Shown one piece after another: positions 46,912 to 59,939 of a DNA stretch of 64,000 nucleotides. The stretch covers positions 12,783 through 76,782 of the forward strand of contig CAVSLF010000005.1 of the NCBI GenBank assembly GCA_963728595.1, given 5' to 3'. The translations under genes were made by a program, and so were the position numbers. A model generated the notes under the pieces. The model was not told the DNA's origin. It ran no database searches and was given only the letters and a program-made list of their open reading frames with translations. Origin of the DNA: an uncultured Nitrososphaeraceae archaeon. Lineage in GTDB: Archaea; Thermoproteota; Nitrososphaeria; Nitrososphaerales; Nitrososphaeraceae. The stretch's first letter is position 1, and each line of letters begins with the position of its first letter.

Positions 46912-48663
46912 GATGGCAAGTTAATGCCTTCGGAACGCTTGAGCTTCTACTTCCGATGTTAAACCACAGAAAGAAAAAAAAAAGACCATCGAATCTATCT
47001 ACCCCTGCAATAACACTGAAGCTTAGGTTTTTTTGGCTGTGATTCATCGAAGTTAAAAATGCAATATAGATTATATCCATTCTATCATGCCATTTAAGCG
47101 GATAATATCGTAGCTGATACTCTTACCTTTCATTATGATCTTAATATCATATGTTGGACATTAGGTGTTGTGAATGCCCTAGTAGATGATGATAATAATT
47201 CTACAAGTTCCAATATCAACCACAATGACAATAAGCAACTATATGAGGATGAAATTTCAGACCAGTTGTTGCGCGTTCCAACAGGTCACCATTATCTGAT
47301 CGGCACATCGGATGGGTAGTTGGAACTATACTTCTTTTAGTCCCAATTGCCCAGCTCAATACCAAGGTATTCTTAGGTGTCAACACAGGAGACCGACAGT
47401 AAGAGCGCCACCAATTCCTCCATACAATCCAACTCCAGTGGCAACTCCAGCGACGCATTCTACTACACCATCGAAGGTCATATAGGTCACATTCTTACTT
47501 CCAAAATTACTAAAAGTAATATTTGTTAAGTCATTATTATCGATATTATTTAGTGTTGTTCAGTATGCTGGTTAAAGCAATTAAATTTGCGCTTGAATTA
47601 TTACGCAACGATCCTTCAAGTAAAGTCGAAATACCTTTTTTGAAAGTTGAAAGATACCTTGTGGAATCATTTTGCGCCAAGCCAAATAAGTAAGGAGATA
47701 AAGTGTTCTTGTCGTTTTCAGTTAGGATTCCCTTCTTGACTATCGTTCAGTAATAATGAAAACAATTTGGTGTAGTTACCATCAGCAGTCTGGAGCGTAC
47801 TCTTAGTATAGTTTCTAGCTTGTTCACTTAAGTCTCCCATTCGTAACGCTTGCGAGACACTCATATTATTAAAACTAGGCTCAAAAACGTGGTATTATTT
47901 TCTGATGCAAACACATTTAACGGAACCATCATTGAGAGCATCCTAACGCACCAATTATTACAAGAGATGTTTTCACATACGAAACTTTAGAGAAAACCAC
48001 TTCCCTTTAATCTTTATTATATTTGAAACTCTGTCATTATGCGACCTATTACTTACTTGGTGGGTAGCTTAAAATCCATCCATCAGGTTTTTTATTACAA
48101 ACTGACTATCGACTTACTCTGACTTCCTCATTCACAGAGCCAAACTCTTCCCGACCTTCCCACACATGACTCACCAGTTTTTGATTTATTCTGACAATCA
48201 AATATACAATATGACTATTGCAAAAGCATTAACAAAAGAAGAGTCGATATGGAGACTGCCAAGTCCTAAACCTTCCCCTACTACTAACGCTTTTTAGTGA
48301 TATTTCCCTATAATGTTTGATAGGTTCATATCAGCTCCATAGTTAGGTTCTATAGTTCTCCTAGCTATGGAGTTAATCCTTATCTATTATTTTGCCTAAG
48401 ATATATTACCGAAAAACCAATCTTTGGATAGGTGAGCTGCTCCTTTCCGTATTCCAAACTCCTCACCTATCCAAATAAAACTAAATTAAATTTACTTTAA
48501 ATTTCGGACTCTAAGAGTAGGGACCTATACGAGAGGTGTACGCGTAAAACTAATATAATTTACTACCAACTAGGAGTAAGCTCCTATCATTAAGTATCTT
48601 TACCGTTATTCAATAGCTCAATTCAACTAAATGAATCGTACAGTTTCATCAAGAAAAGAATGA

Positions 48664-50331
48664 TCATTTTTGCACCCGAGTGATTACGGAAGTAACTTTG
48701 CCTATATAGTTATCTTTTTTAATTGGAAAATCAGTTCCTGGAATAGGACTAAGATTATTATCACCTTTAGTCGTTATTATTCTTTGACCAACGGAATCAA
48801 TTTGAATATCAATTATTCTGGCAATAATGGATACTGAGATGTCAGCAGGTTTCTTGAAGACAATGACATCTCCCATCGACAGATAATTAAATGATGTAGA
48901 ATTCGAAACTAAAAGCATATCGTCTGGATAAAAATAAGGCTCCATGCTTCCTGATCTGGCCACGTAAATTGTAGCGTTATCTTCTTCGAGTTTTTCTTTA
49001 AGAGCCTGGTGGGCCGGTAATTTTAGTGTCTGAAGGCTTAAATTCATGGTTTCATTTGTGATTTCAAAAGAATTTACCATTTTTTCGATTATGGGCAAAA
49101 ATGCAGAAAATTTTGAAGGGTCTGAATCATACTGCAATCTGTATAGATTATTCGCTCGCGGGATCCATATCTGTAAATGCTTAAGTTGATACATAATTGT
49201 GGGGTCGAGAGGATCTGCTTCTTTTAATGTAAGTTGCAATCTAAACGCCGGCTATCCTTTACTTGTTGTAGTCTTTACTACATCTACGAATTGGTATTCA
49301 GCAGTATTAAACTGATATTTATTTAGTAAACTAAACGATTGTGTGAGAAAATCCTTAAATTGTATTGCCGAAAAATTCTCATAGTGGGGTCTACCTTTTG
49401 TATAGGTAGTACCAAATATGGTGAATGTTGCCTCGGGAAACTCAATAGTAGAAGTAGATGGTTTAGTAAAAGACACTAATCCCGAAACCTCTTCCTGTAC
49501 ATCCCAGCTTCTGGGATAAAGTAATTTTATGCCATATTTTGGGTTACTATAAATAGAAAACGGCACGTTTATCGTGTTGACTTCAATTGGAGATGAAGCT
49601 GTTGAAACCTTCGGTTCTTTAAACCTAAATGATGATAATATAGATTTTACTTCAGACAACTCTTTTTGATATTTTGAGAGGGGTGCACCATAAGCTATTT
49701 GATAAATGCTATCTCGTTGTGTGGAGAAAACCATAAAATTGTAAGTTCCACCCGGATGCACATTACTAACGTAGGATATACTTCTAGCAGGATATCCAGC
49801 CAGATAAGTAGAATTATCAGTAAGCAATTGACCTCCAGATTCGCTCAGTTTTTTTGAAGAATAAGATTAGTCAATGAACGAGTTAAGAATTTCTGAAATG
49901 TCAATATTACTGGTATCTATGGGGATAACCGTTTAAGGAATAACATAATTTGCAATAATAGAACGCCCAATATCTGACCTAGCAGTTACACGATTGTTGT
50001 GTTTCATGTCTATTTGGTCAACTAGTGTAACTCCTGAGGCGCTTGGCAGGTCTGAAATTCCTCTCTCAGCACTAACAAACCATGAGGTGGGATATTTTAT
50101 CGAAAATAAATCCGAATCATAAACTCTCAGATCATTTGCCTTTTGTATACCAGTTCCATTTTTCGAAATAGTTTGACCATTGGCCAAGCTTATGGCAACA
50201 ATAGGACTTGTAATGATTGCTAAAATTAAGGCGAAAGTACAAAAATACCCTTGATGATAACAATGGCAGAATACGCCCTGCATGTGGAGTTTGTACACGC
50301 TGTACCACGAATTTAAGAAGTTATTGTACAA
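48664..50331 (-). CDS. Secreted multi-PsbP-like protein with C-terminal S26 signal-peptidase-like domain, split by about 3 indels
   Basis: FSIKYPTSW and GIKLLYPRSW repeats, LAGYPA; SGSMEP, GDVIVF, TKGDNN, YIGKV. Confidence 0.7.
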
Positions 50332-51089
50332 CTTAAGTGATAGTAAGCTATTTTATTTAGAAATCAAATCAGGGTTAAAAGAGTGTGGATTCGAGTGAAT
50401 TCGATTCATAAGTAGAATGGACTCCCCAAGTATAGCCCCAGGGTTCGAATCCCACTCCCCCCATGTGAATGTGATAGTTTGATTTATATATCAACTAAGC
50501 GGTGAGGTACATAGGGAACAAAGTAAGCTGAATACATCCTTCATCCGATAATTATTGAAATTTGACATCGGTTTCCACTCTATACTGCTTGGGAATCATT
50601 TGTAATGACATTAATGCAGACGACCAGTTCTATATAACCGATTCTACCAATCCTCATACTGTTTTCTGCTGTCAAGTAGAAAAAATAATTCGTCACATCT
50701 ACAAGATCAAATTAGCGTGCTGTTTCTCTTGTTACTTTTCAAAACTGTCAGTACATCTACTTGAGCGTAAAATAGGCTTCATTTTGAATACTATATAGTC
50801 ATTGATTTTGTATCATAAATTAGTTGGAACCAAAATCGCTTATCACAGATATCGTTCCAGTCATGGATGGATGAAACGTTCAAACGTTACTGTATCTCTT
50901 GCTAATAGACTTATCAATGGGCAGGGATTAGATTTATCAGCTTTAATTTGAAGGCTTTAATTTGAAGCTAATAATTTTTAAATCAAGGGCAGTCGGGGAC
51001 GGAAAAATATAATATCATTTTCCATAGGATTCATGTAAGTAAGGTAATAATATATTCAGATAATTCAAATATTGAACCATCGATAGGGT

Positions 51090-52289
51090 TTGCCGGCAGC
51101 TAACGAAATCAAGAAGAGGCTGGAAGATAATTGGATTAGGTTTCTTAATACAAATTCTGCCAAATTAACTTCAGTAACACTCGCCGGTGCGACTCCGCCT
51201 TCGGTTTTTGTAGGACGCTATGGCTATCCAAAAGTGAAAGTAGGACCTATGGTGCCACCAATTCATGGCGACACTACTATACTTGATAAACCAGAGATGT
51301 GGCTCGGTAAAAGTATCGAGGATATCGTTAACTACCGTCTGTCTCTCGTAAGGGGAGTAGCGGATATAACCGTCTACAATACAGGTGGAAAATACATAGA
51401 ATCTTTGCAAGAATTAGCTATGGCTTCAAAATCAGCGGAAAGTGAAGCAATGTTTGAAAGAAGCCCTATTGCAGATATGGAACAAGAAAAGGATTTAGGC
51501 GAATCAGCTCCATTTGGTCCAGTTGCGCCATTAAAGAGTTTCAAAACCTCTTCGGTCTCGGTAGACAAAAGATTAGAAAATGTTTATTATGATAAGGATT
51601 TGCGTGCAGCCGAAGCCGTAATTGATCTTTACCAAAAAGAAGTAGAGGTTAGCAGAATTCATCGTGTTCTTAGTATGGGAATGTTAGGTATACAAAAAAA
51701 CAGAAGGTTGGTGCCTACACGAAGGAGCATCTCTGCCACAGATGATATTATTTCTGTCAGTCTGATAAAAAGTATAGACATCTATTCTAGAGTAGAATTC
51801 TTTGAAGTCTACAAATACTCGCACCTTGGCAATTATTATTCTGTTATATTAATTCCTGATGATGTGTGGAGCTTTGAAATGCAAGAAGGATGGTTTGACA
51901 ACAATGGAAATTTAGGAATAGGTGTAGATTTTGAAGATGCTAGCGGGTTAGATCATTATGCTTCTATAGCAGGTGCATATTTTACCACCCGACTGAGTAT
52001 TGCTGAGCACCTAAAGAAAAGAAGAAGGAAAGCGGCGGCATTGGTTTTAAGAGAAATTCATTCAGATTATGTTATGCCAGTAGGCGTATGGCAGATTAGA
52101 GAAGGAATCAGAGAAGCGTTAAAAAAAGAGAATAGACAATTTGAAAGTTTTGAAAAAGCGTTGTCCTATGCATGTATGAACTTATCTCTGTCTAGAAAAG
52201 AGTGGATTAGAAATAGTAAAATTTACAAAAATATGAAAGAACAAATGAGAATAACGGATTTCTTTAGTAATAATAAGAATGCATTGTAA
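51090..52289 (+). CDS. nreA: Nre-family DNA repair protein
   Basis: PPSVFVGRYGYPKV, RRLVPTR.SI.A.D, PVGVWQIRE, C-terminal PIP box QMRITDFF. Confidence 0.92.
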   Translation: MPAANEIKKRLEDNWIRFLNTNSAKLTSVTLAGATPPSVFVGRYGYPKVKVGPMVPPIHGDTTILDKPEMWLGKSIEDIVNYRLSLVRGVADITVYNTGGKYIESLQELAMASKSAESEAMFERSPIADMEQEKDLGESAPFGPVAPLKSFKTSSVSVDKRLENVYYDKDLRAAEAVIDLYQKEVEVSRIHRVLSMGMLGIQKNRRLVPTRRSISATDDIISVSLIKSIDIYSRVEFFEVYKYSHLGNYYSVILIPDDVWSFEMQEGWFDNNGNLGIGVDFEDASGLDHYASIAGAYFTTRLSIAEHLKKRRRKAAALVLREIHSDYVMPVGVWQIREGIREALKKENRQFESFEKALSYACMNLSLSRKEWIRNSKIYKNMKEQMRITDFFSNNKNAL

Positions 52290-52522
52290 TTATAATAGAG
52301 TGAACCGCCAGCCTGATGTCAATATTGCTGAATATCTACATCTGACGGTATCCCACATTCAATAGAGACTCACCAACTGAGAGTAGTGGGTTCGAATCCC
52401 AATCCGAGAATAGACAAATGAATCAAGTGTTTACCTTAACAGTTTGTATATAATACCCTTTGCGGAAATAAAATCATGCCTGCTTTTTCCCCTATGAAAT
52501 TCTTTATATCAAATCGATTTTG

Positions 52523-53398
52523 TTACCACATTTGTTGCAATAGATTGATCGAAGGATAATTATGTTCACATTTAACGCATACACCGGGCGTAGAATTCTG
52601 TAACCTAAGTTGTTCCTGTAAATTGTTTATTTTTTCCACTAAATCTATATTATCATTCACATGCAATTGCTCAAGATTATTCATTTTATTTTTTACTAAT
52701 TCCTTTGTTTCTTCCAATTGCTGCTTTTGATTCTTACTCAATTTAGAAACTCCAAAGGAAGTTCCTACATTCAAAATAAACCCCAAAATTATTCTAAGCC
52801 GATAAAACTAAGAATGCCTGCAATTATTGGCCCACAGTTGGAGGCGGAATACATCCCAAAACTGATATGGTTGCGGTGGTAACATCAAACTATAAAGCTC
52901 TACCAAATCGTTTATACTCTTCTTTTCTTCGGGAATTTGTTCTTCTACTGTTAGAATAGCGACAGCACCAAAAACAACTGTCCCACTTAAAATCAATAAC
53001 AAATATACAAAGGTGCTCAAATTCCAATGTTGCGCGGCTCTGAAAAGATTAACGAGGCGCATCAATCTTAACAGCCTTATGAGTCTCAAACTTCTGACTG
53101 CGACCCCTATTATGAATGCATCTTCAAAGCTTGCTAATACTATAAGTGGTAACATAGCCGGAATTTCGTACCAATGTCTGAGCACATATCGAGACCAATT
53201 ACCAGACAATCTTGTTCTTACGCAAAAATCAAACACTAATACTCCGACAACAAACAAGTCAAAAACATAGATAGCGTTTTGGGATTCGATAGCTATGTTT
53301 GGCAAGTAAAGTATAAACGCTAAACCGACCGAAAGTAAAGTCAGTATTCCTACAAGAACTTCAAATTTATTGTTTTTTCTTAATTGCGCAAGATTCAC
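52523..53398 (-). pseudogene. Voltage-gated potassium-channel-like gene with disrupted pore region
   Basis: S4-like RSLRLIRLLRLMRL; pore VTTATIS..GD broken by several indels and stops at 52800-52910. Confidence 0.75.
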
Positions 53399-53745
53399 AA
53401 TGCTAAGGATAAAAATTGCGCCAATAGTATTATTCTTTTTTTTATAATCGTATTTACTCTTTATACCAGAGTTTGTTACTTGACTATCTAGACATAAAAA
53501 CAGAAGGAAAACTCATGTTGATAATTGAGGTGCGTCCACTCCTAAGCCTCAAGCTTTATTCTTTGAATATAACGAATTGACTTGATCCAAAGTAAAATAT
53601 AACGGAAGGTAACATGTGAACTACAGCAATCAAATTTGATGCCTCTTATGGACCTTATGATATTAACTATGAAGTTACAATTCCCTTAAGAATTGCAATT
53701 TTTGACTGCCTGCGAATAGAATTCAATTCAATAAACAACATCATG

Positions 53746-55883
53746 TTACTGAACCTTGACATTACCAGTCATCCATGGATGAAGAGTGCAGTAGTAGTCA
53801 AATGTTCCCGAAGTATCGAAAGTATGTTCGAACGTTTTTCCAGCAGCGAGGTAGCTTGAATCAAATTCAGTTCCCGAATTTCCAGATTCTGCACTTCCCG
53901 AGGTAACAGTATGCAATGTGTCATCATTATTGGTCCATGTCACAGTGGTTCCCTTAGGAATCGCAATCGATTCAGGTACAAAGTATTTACCATTGCTTGG
54001 AACTGAAGAACCTGGTACAATGGAAACTGTGGAGCCATCTGATTGAGAGGGGACGTCATTCACTGGTGGCTTAGGTTCTGTTAATGGAACTTCTGATTTA
54101 GTGGTAGCTTCTGGCATATTTGTAGGCGTTTTTGACCCATTTGTATTAACCGATGATGGTAATACAGCCTGATTGATTTTCGGTTCAATGGATTTCGTTC
54201 CCAGGATTTGAATATAGTTTACTCCCGGGTCAAACTGGATTGCTAGGGTTCTAGACGTGGGAGTGGTTGAAGTTTCCTCAAATCCGACAGCTCTGTTCGC
54301 TACGACGCCAAATGCATCATCCAAACCGTTTGACTCAACCTTATCCAGTAAAGCTCTTGGAATCACCAGAGTCAAATTCCCTGCTGATTTTGATGCCAAT
54401 CTAATCTCTAGTGTAGGACTGATTGTTTGCAGGCTAATCTTTTGTAATTGATTTCCATCTCCTGTCAAAAGGAAGCTGATTGGATAAATGTGGTCATTAA
54501 CTTGCAAGTTGTATAAGTACAGCCCGACAATTACTTTTCCAACCATATAAGGTTGCAGATTGGAGTAGTAGTCATATGCTCCACTTTTAGAGAAGGTATG
54601 ACTAAAAGAGTCAGCTGCTTGAATTATTCCAGAATCAAACTCTTCAGTTGGTCCTTCGCGTGGTTTTCCGGAAGTTACACTATGCATAATAGAGTCATCA
54701 TTAGTCCAGATGATTGTTGCATTGGGAGCTACATTAATCTCTGGAGGTGCAAAGAAAATCCTGTTATTGGGAAAAGACGAGCCTTCAGCTGATACTTACA
54801 TTAAACATTTCGGGCAATTTATCGGGTGTTGTAACAATTGGCTGAATCTGTTTAGTCACAGTTACGGCTCCGGTCATAAATGGGTGCAAAGTACAATAGT
54901 ATTTGAATTGACCCTCATCAGAAAAAGTATAATTAAATTGGTTATTTGGTCCAATTAGTGAGGAGTCAAAGAGTCTTGATGGACCTTCATTAGGATTTCC
55001 GCTGGTAACGGTATGTAGCACTGTATCATTATTGATCCATGCAACCGTAGTATTTCCCTGAATTGTCAAATTGGCAGGAGTGTAAAACCTTTTGTTATCG
55101 GGAAAAGAAGAGCCTCTTTCAATGATGACAGTAGCTGTGCTTATCGTATTGTTTCCATCCCCCAAGCTCGACGCAAAAGGCTCTATGCTCTCGCCTAGCG
55201 TAGGATTATCGGACCCCGTGATATTTCCAGAGTTGGTACTGCTATCGTTCGTGTTATTTACTAATGCTGCCAGACTATATGGTCTGTCACTAATTTCAAA
55301 TGAATCAAATATCTTGTGCGCTATCGGAAGATATCTATTGAAAAGGCCAGGCTCAGAGTAATATCTAAGTGCATATCCTTTATGCGAATCGTTATCAAAT
55401 GCGTATACTCGCATGACTTTCAAGTCCGATTTTGGGTCCAATACATTGTCTTGCTGCCTCATACAAGGTTATCTCTCTGGCCGGCATACCCGCAAGTCTT
55501 GTTTCTGTAGAATTAACTATTGTGAAATCTGATTGTTTAGCATATCTACCTTTATGGAAAAAGTCTATGAAATCCTCAAGATTACTATCATTGGGCATCT
55601 GAAAGATTGTAATTAGCACGCCTGTTGGTTTTGTTTCACCTCCAGTACCTGGAACAATAAATCTGACTATACTGTTGGAATGTTCATCTTTCTGCTCCCA
55701 ATTACTTGGATATTGAATACTAACTTTGTGAATATCGTTTTCATACGTATTAAATCGAGTATCAATTTGACCGCTCGACTGACTGTACATAAAATCCAAA
55801 GTAATCAAGAAAGTAACTGCGGTTAATGCTATAATCCCGAGAAATGCAAAAGAGTATTTTTTCTGAAATAAGAGATCCGTCAT
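53746..55883 (-). CDS. Secreted PsbP-like plus three cupredoxin domains, split by about 3 indels
   Basis: SIQYPSNW; HTVTSG..YYCTLHPFM; HSVTSG..YYSNLQPYM; HTVTSG..YYCTLHPWM. Confidence 0.8.
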
Positions 55884-56315
55884 TGACCTATCTAATGGGA
55901 TACGTGTATATCAATGATTGCCTTGATGGTAACATTGGCTTTATCTTGTTTCAACCTTCTGAGGACTTACAGGGTTACCTTTGGTTGAAGACTGGTATTC
56001 GAAAGTTTAAACAAGTACATTACTGTAACCCTTGTCAACAACATATACCTGTCCCGAGTAATGGCCCATCATCTTAGCCAAGTTTGGGCTTGTTTAGGTG
56101 CGCTAGATGCGAGTACATCGCCTAGATACCACATATTAATACGTCAAAACAGCAATCAATACGTAGTATACTATGATTACTACAGCTTGGTTGGACTTAA
56201 ACTAATAGTATGTCTAATCATCCCTTAGAAAAGCACCACAAACCCTTATTTCTTACCAATTGTTTCCTTCTGAAATTTAGCCCAATCCCTCAATAACTGA
56301 CTGAGATTTGATGTC

Positions 56316-58009
56316 TTAGTCCCATTCCAAACTGTAGGTTGCACTTCCTATATCTTTGATGTCGATTGAATCTCCAAACCCTATTGTCAATGAATAGGGA
56401 GCGGTTCGACCTGGTTTAATGTCAGAGGGATCAGTGTAAGTGGACTTTGTTCCTATTACTATACCATCTCTATCATAAAATGTTCCTATAATCTTTACAA
56501 ATGTGACATCTTCGTCACTCTTATTCTTAATTTCGCCGACTAATTCGTAAATGGGATCAAGTATTTTGTCCTTTTTCGTGGAATGGCTCACGATATATAT
56601 GGGGTCTTCAGAATCAGATTCAAAATTTTCTACAAAGTATGATTTGCCATGTCTGGTTGGTGAACTTACACCGTCAGACAATTCTAGAACTGTGGCGGCA
56701 TTATTTTTTGGACCGATTTGCTGTTCCGCAAAGGTATCTGTCGACAAAAGAGCTTCCCCTGTCCATAGACCAATATATTATTATTTACCTTGTCCACAAC
56801 ATAAATTTGCCTTAAGGAATCCATCGTGATATCTCTTGGTTTGATTTGTCTCTCTGATTGGATATCTGGGAACGTCCCTTTCGTGAGAAAAGTTCCTTCG
56901 CTATCGAAAACTTGAATCCCATGATTCTTTCTATCAGCCACATAAATTAATTTCTCCGTTGGCTCAAAACGTATTCCATCGGGTCTATTGAATTGACCGT
57001 TACCTGAACCCCATTTTGCAATAAAGGTGCCGTCACTATCAAATATTTGTATTCGATTGTTTACAGTATCACTGACATAGACTAAATTGTTATCGGGATC
57101 AATAGTAATACCTGCTGGTCTATTGAATTGACCATCCCCTGTTCCAAATGAGCCCCACTTTGTGATAAAGTTACCATCATAATAGAATGCTTGGATGCGA
57201 TTATTAGCGATATCAGTAACATATAATATCTCCTCTTTAGGATCTAAAGCAATATCTCCAGGGTGGTCAAATTGGCTGTCTCCCTTTCCCAGCGTTCCCC
57301 ATTGACTAATATAGTTACCTTCAATATCAAATTTTTCGATTCTATTGTTTTTAATATCCGCTACGAAGACTATTTTATTTTCATCATCGACAGCAATAGA
57401 ACCAGGATTGTTAAATTGGCCATCTCCTTTTCCTAACGTTCCCCATTCTGTAATGAAACTTCCATCACCATGCAATACTTGTACTCTATTATTATCCAAA
57501 TCAGCTATGTAAAACCTCTCACCATTTGGATCGTTGTCTATACTGGCTGGATGATTAAACTGACCGTGACCTTTTCCAAAACCACCCCACTTTGTTACTA
57601 ATTTATAGGTCTTCGATTCAGATAGAGTAGATGGATTAGATTCAGTAGTTAAAAAATTTGAGTCTCCCGTGTTAGATGTATCATCTTCTGCAGTACTCTT
57701 CTCGTCACTAGTTTCAGTCTTAACCTTCTTTGGTTTAGCCTTTTCACTTTTGTCTTCATCTTTACTGTTATTGTTGGATTTGCTTTCGTCGCCATCCTCT
57801 TTCTTACTACCAGATTTATTTGGACATTCATCATCATAGCCTTTATCGCCACAGACGTAGCTACCAGTGTCGGATGGACAGCTATGCCATCTATGACATC
57901 CATCCCTATGAGCAAATACTTCTAAGTTCTTGACAGTAAATATCTGACTAGTTAATCCAATAATTAAAACTAATGTAAGAAATATGGCAACTATAAAGAA
58001 TTTCGTCAT
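56316..58009 (-). CDS. Secreted NHL propeller with N-terminal His/Cys-rich module and C-terminal FxLYD domain (frameshift near 56755)
   Basis: AHRDGCHRWHSCPSDTGSYVCGD; NHL repeats; VGEIKN..IIGTFYD. Confidence 0.8.
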
Positions 58010-58174
58010 TATAGTTCATATTTAATAAATAATATATAATAAATAAGTTGTATCCATAACTGGTATGAATTAACAGAAATCTCCTTTTCGTGGTAGTATA
58101 TTTATTTATTTACGGTCTGAAGTCTTAAGTTAATGGAATATGTTTATAGTAACAGCGGAGGAACTTAGATTACG

Positions 58175-59467
58175 TTGTATTGCACTGGCACTTTGCAGAT
58201 CTTAAAGAATCCTACAATTATCGTCTTTACGGTAGTACTATTATTGTTTTATGTCAAGTTAGTCTACGCAGAACCCACTACTATAAACCCTAAATTTGTA
58301 GTTGAAAGGATCTTTACAGGTGATTTCAAGCCGTCCACAATGGCATTCTTGGGCGCGGACGATATAATAGTCCTAGACAGGGACTTAGGCAAGGTTTATA
58401 GAATAATAGATGGGGTCCAATCAAAACCTCTCCTTGATGTCAATGTTGCAACGGTAGGATACAGGGGGTTACTTGGAGTGGCTGTTTCAGTCAACGAAAA
58501 TAATATTCGGAATGTATTTCTATATTATACTCAGGCGTATAAAAGAGACGGTGAAGATGAGAGTCTTTCCAAATCAGTAGCACCGCTTGGTAATCGAGTG
58601 TATAGATATGATCTTACCAATAACAGACTAGAGAATCCTAAGCTTTTGTTAGATCTTCCTGCAATGCCAGGACCTAGACATATGGGTGGTATTATAGCAA
58701 TTGGACCAGACGACAACTTGTATGTTAGCGTAGGTGATTTAGATGGGACGTTTAGAGATAAGAAGTATGACACCATGGCACAAAATTATCAAAACTCAAC
58801 TATTGTTGATGGGCGCAGTGGTATACTTCGAATTACTCAGGATGGAAAACCAGCTGATAATGGTATTCTTGGCGATAAACCACCACTCAGTTTGTACTAT
58901 GCCTATGGTATCAGGAACAGTTTTGGGTTTGACTGGGATCCACTCACAGGCAAACTCTGGGATACTGAAAACGGACCTCACTTTGGTGACGAAATAAATT
59001 TAGTGCAACCAGGCTTCAATAGTGGCTGGGTAAAGGTACAAGGAATATGGGAACCGAATTTTGAGCAGATGGGTAAAATAGTGCATAATCCAAATGGACT
59101 AAATGATTTTAATGGAAACGGCACATACAACGAACCTAAATTTACTTGGATCCCTACCGTCGCTCCAACTGCAATGACATTTCTTAGTTCTGATAGCTAT
59201 GGTTCAGAACATAGATATGATCTAATTGTTGGAGATGCAAATACAGGGACTATTTATTATTTTAAATTGAATACAAATAGAAATGCACTCCAATTAGAAG
59301 GAGAACTGAAAGATAGGATAGCAGATAATTTGAATGAGTTAAAGAAAGTAAAATTCGCAACCGGTTTTGGTAGAATTACTGATATAAAGTTAGGGTCAGA
59401 TGGTCTTCTCTATGTGCTTTCTACTCAAAACGGTGCCACAAGCATCTACAGAATAAGTCCACGCTAG
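58175..59467 (+). CDS. PQQ-dependent sugar dehydrogenase (GSDH family)
   Basis: PSTMAFLG, HMGG, YAYGIRNSFG, WDTENGP, GFGRITDI. Confidence 0.9.
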   Translation: MYCTGTLQILKNPTIIVFTVVLLLFYVKLVYAEPTTINPKFVVERIFTGDFKPSTMAFLGADDIIVLDRDLGKVYRIIDGVQSKPLLDVNVATVGYRGLLGVAVSVNENNIRNVFLYYTQAYKRDGEDESLSKSVAPLGNRVYRYDLTNNRLENPKLLLDLPAMPGPRHMGGIIAIGPDDNLYVSVGDLDGTFRDKKYDTMAQNYQNSTIVDGRSGILRITQDGKPADNGILGDKPPLSLYYAYGIRNSFGFDWDPLTGKLWDTENGPHFGDEINLVQPGFNSGWVKVQGIWEPNFEQMGKIVHNPNGLNDFNGNGTYNEPKFTWIPTVAPTAMTFLSSDSYGSEHRYDLIVGDANTGTIYYFKLNTNRNALQLEGELKDRIADNLNELKKVKFATGFGRITDIKLGSDGLLYVLSTQNGATSIYRISPR

Positions 59468-59939
59468 AAATAGGAGATGATTAGAGTCTGACATCAAAAC
59501 ACAGAATGACAGTCACCATTACCAATCAATGATTTCAACAGTAACGGATGACTTCAAGTCCACGCAAGAAGGGTTCGAATTCCAAACTACAAGTCAGCAG
59601 CGATAATCCTAGAATTTGACACAATTTTTGAGCCGTCGGATGAGTACGCCTTCATAACCGCATCTGACCTAAGAGTGGGGTCGGTTACAAGTAATCAAGA
59701 CTTTGATTTGATAATTACCTGTGTCATTAAGTCGAGTAAATTAACTATTGTTCTATTTGATAGAAATCTCTCCTCCCGTAAGGCGGAAACTTGTACGAGT
59801 GTCCCACCAGCAACGATGATAGACTCAAGTCGCCGGGAGGCCCACAGCTATCGATGTATTGACCATTCTTGTCGAATACGAGTATTCTTTTAATTCCTCC
59901 GTCTGCTACGTAGGCGTCGCCAGGTCCCGAATCAACAAA

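Noticed and set aside
46817..47080. ORF 46817-47080 as a functional gene
   Set aside because: Decayed copy of the promoter/signal-peptide cassette that loses similarity after about 15 codons.
50380..50465. Possible intact tRNA
   Set aside because: Only a T-arm and acceptor 3' strand; no complementary 5' strand, D-arm or anticodon arm.
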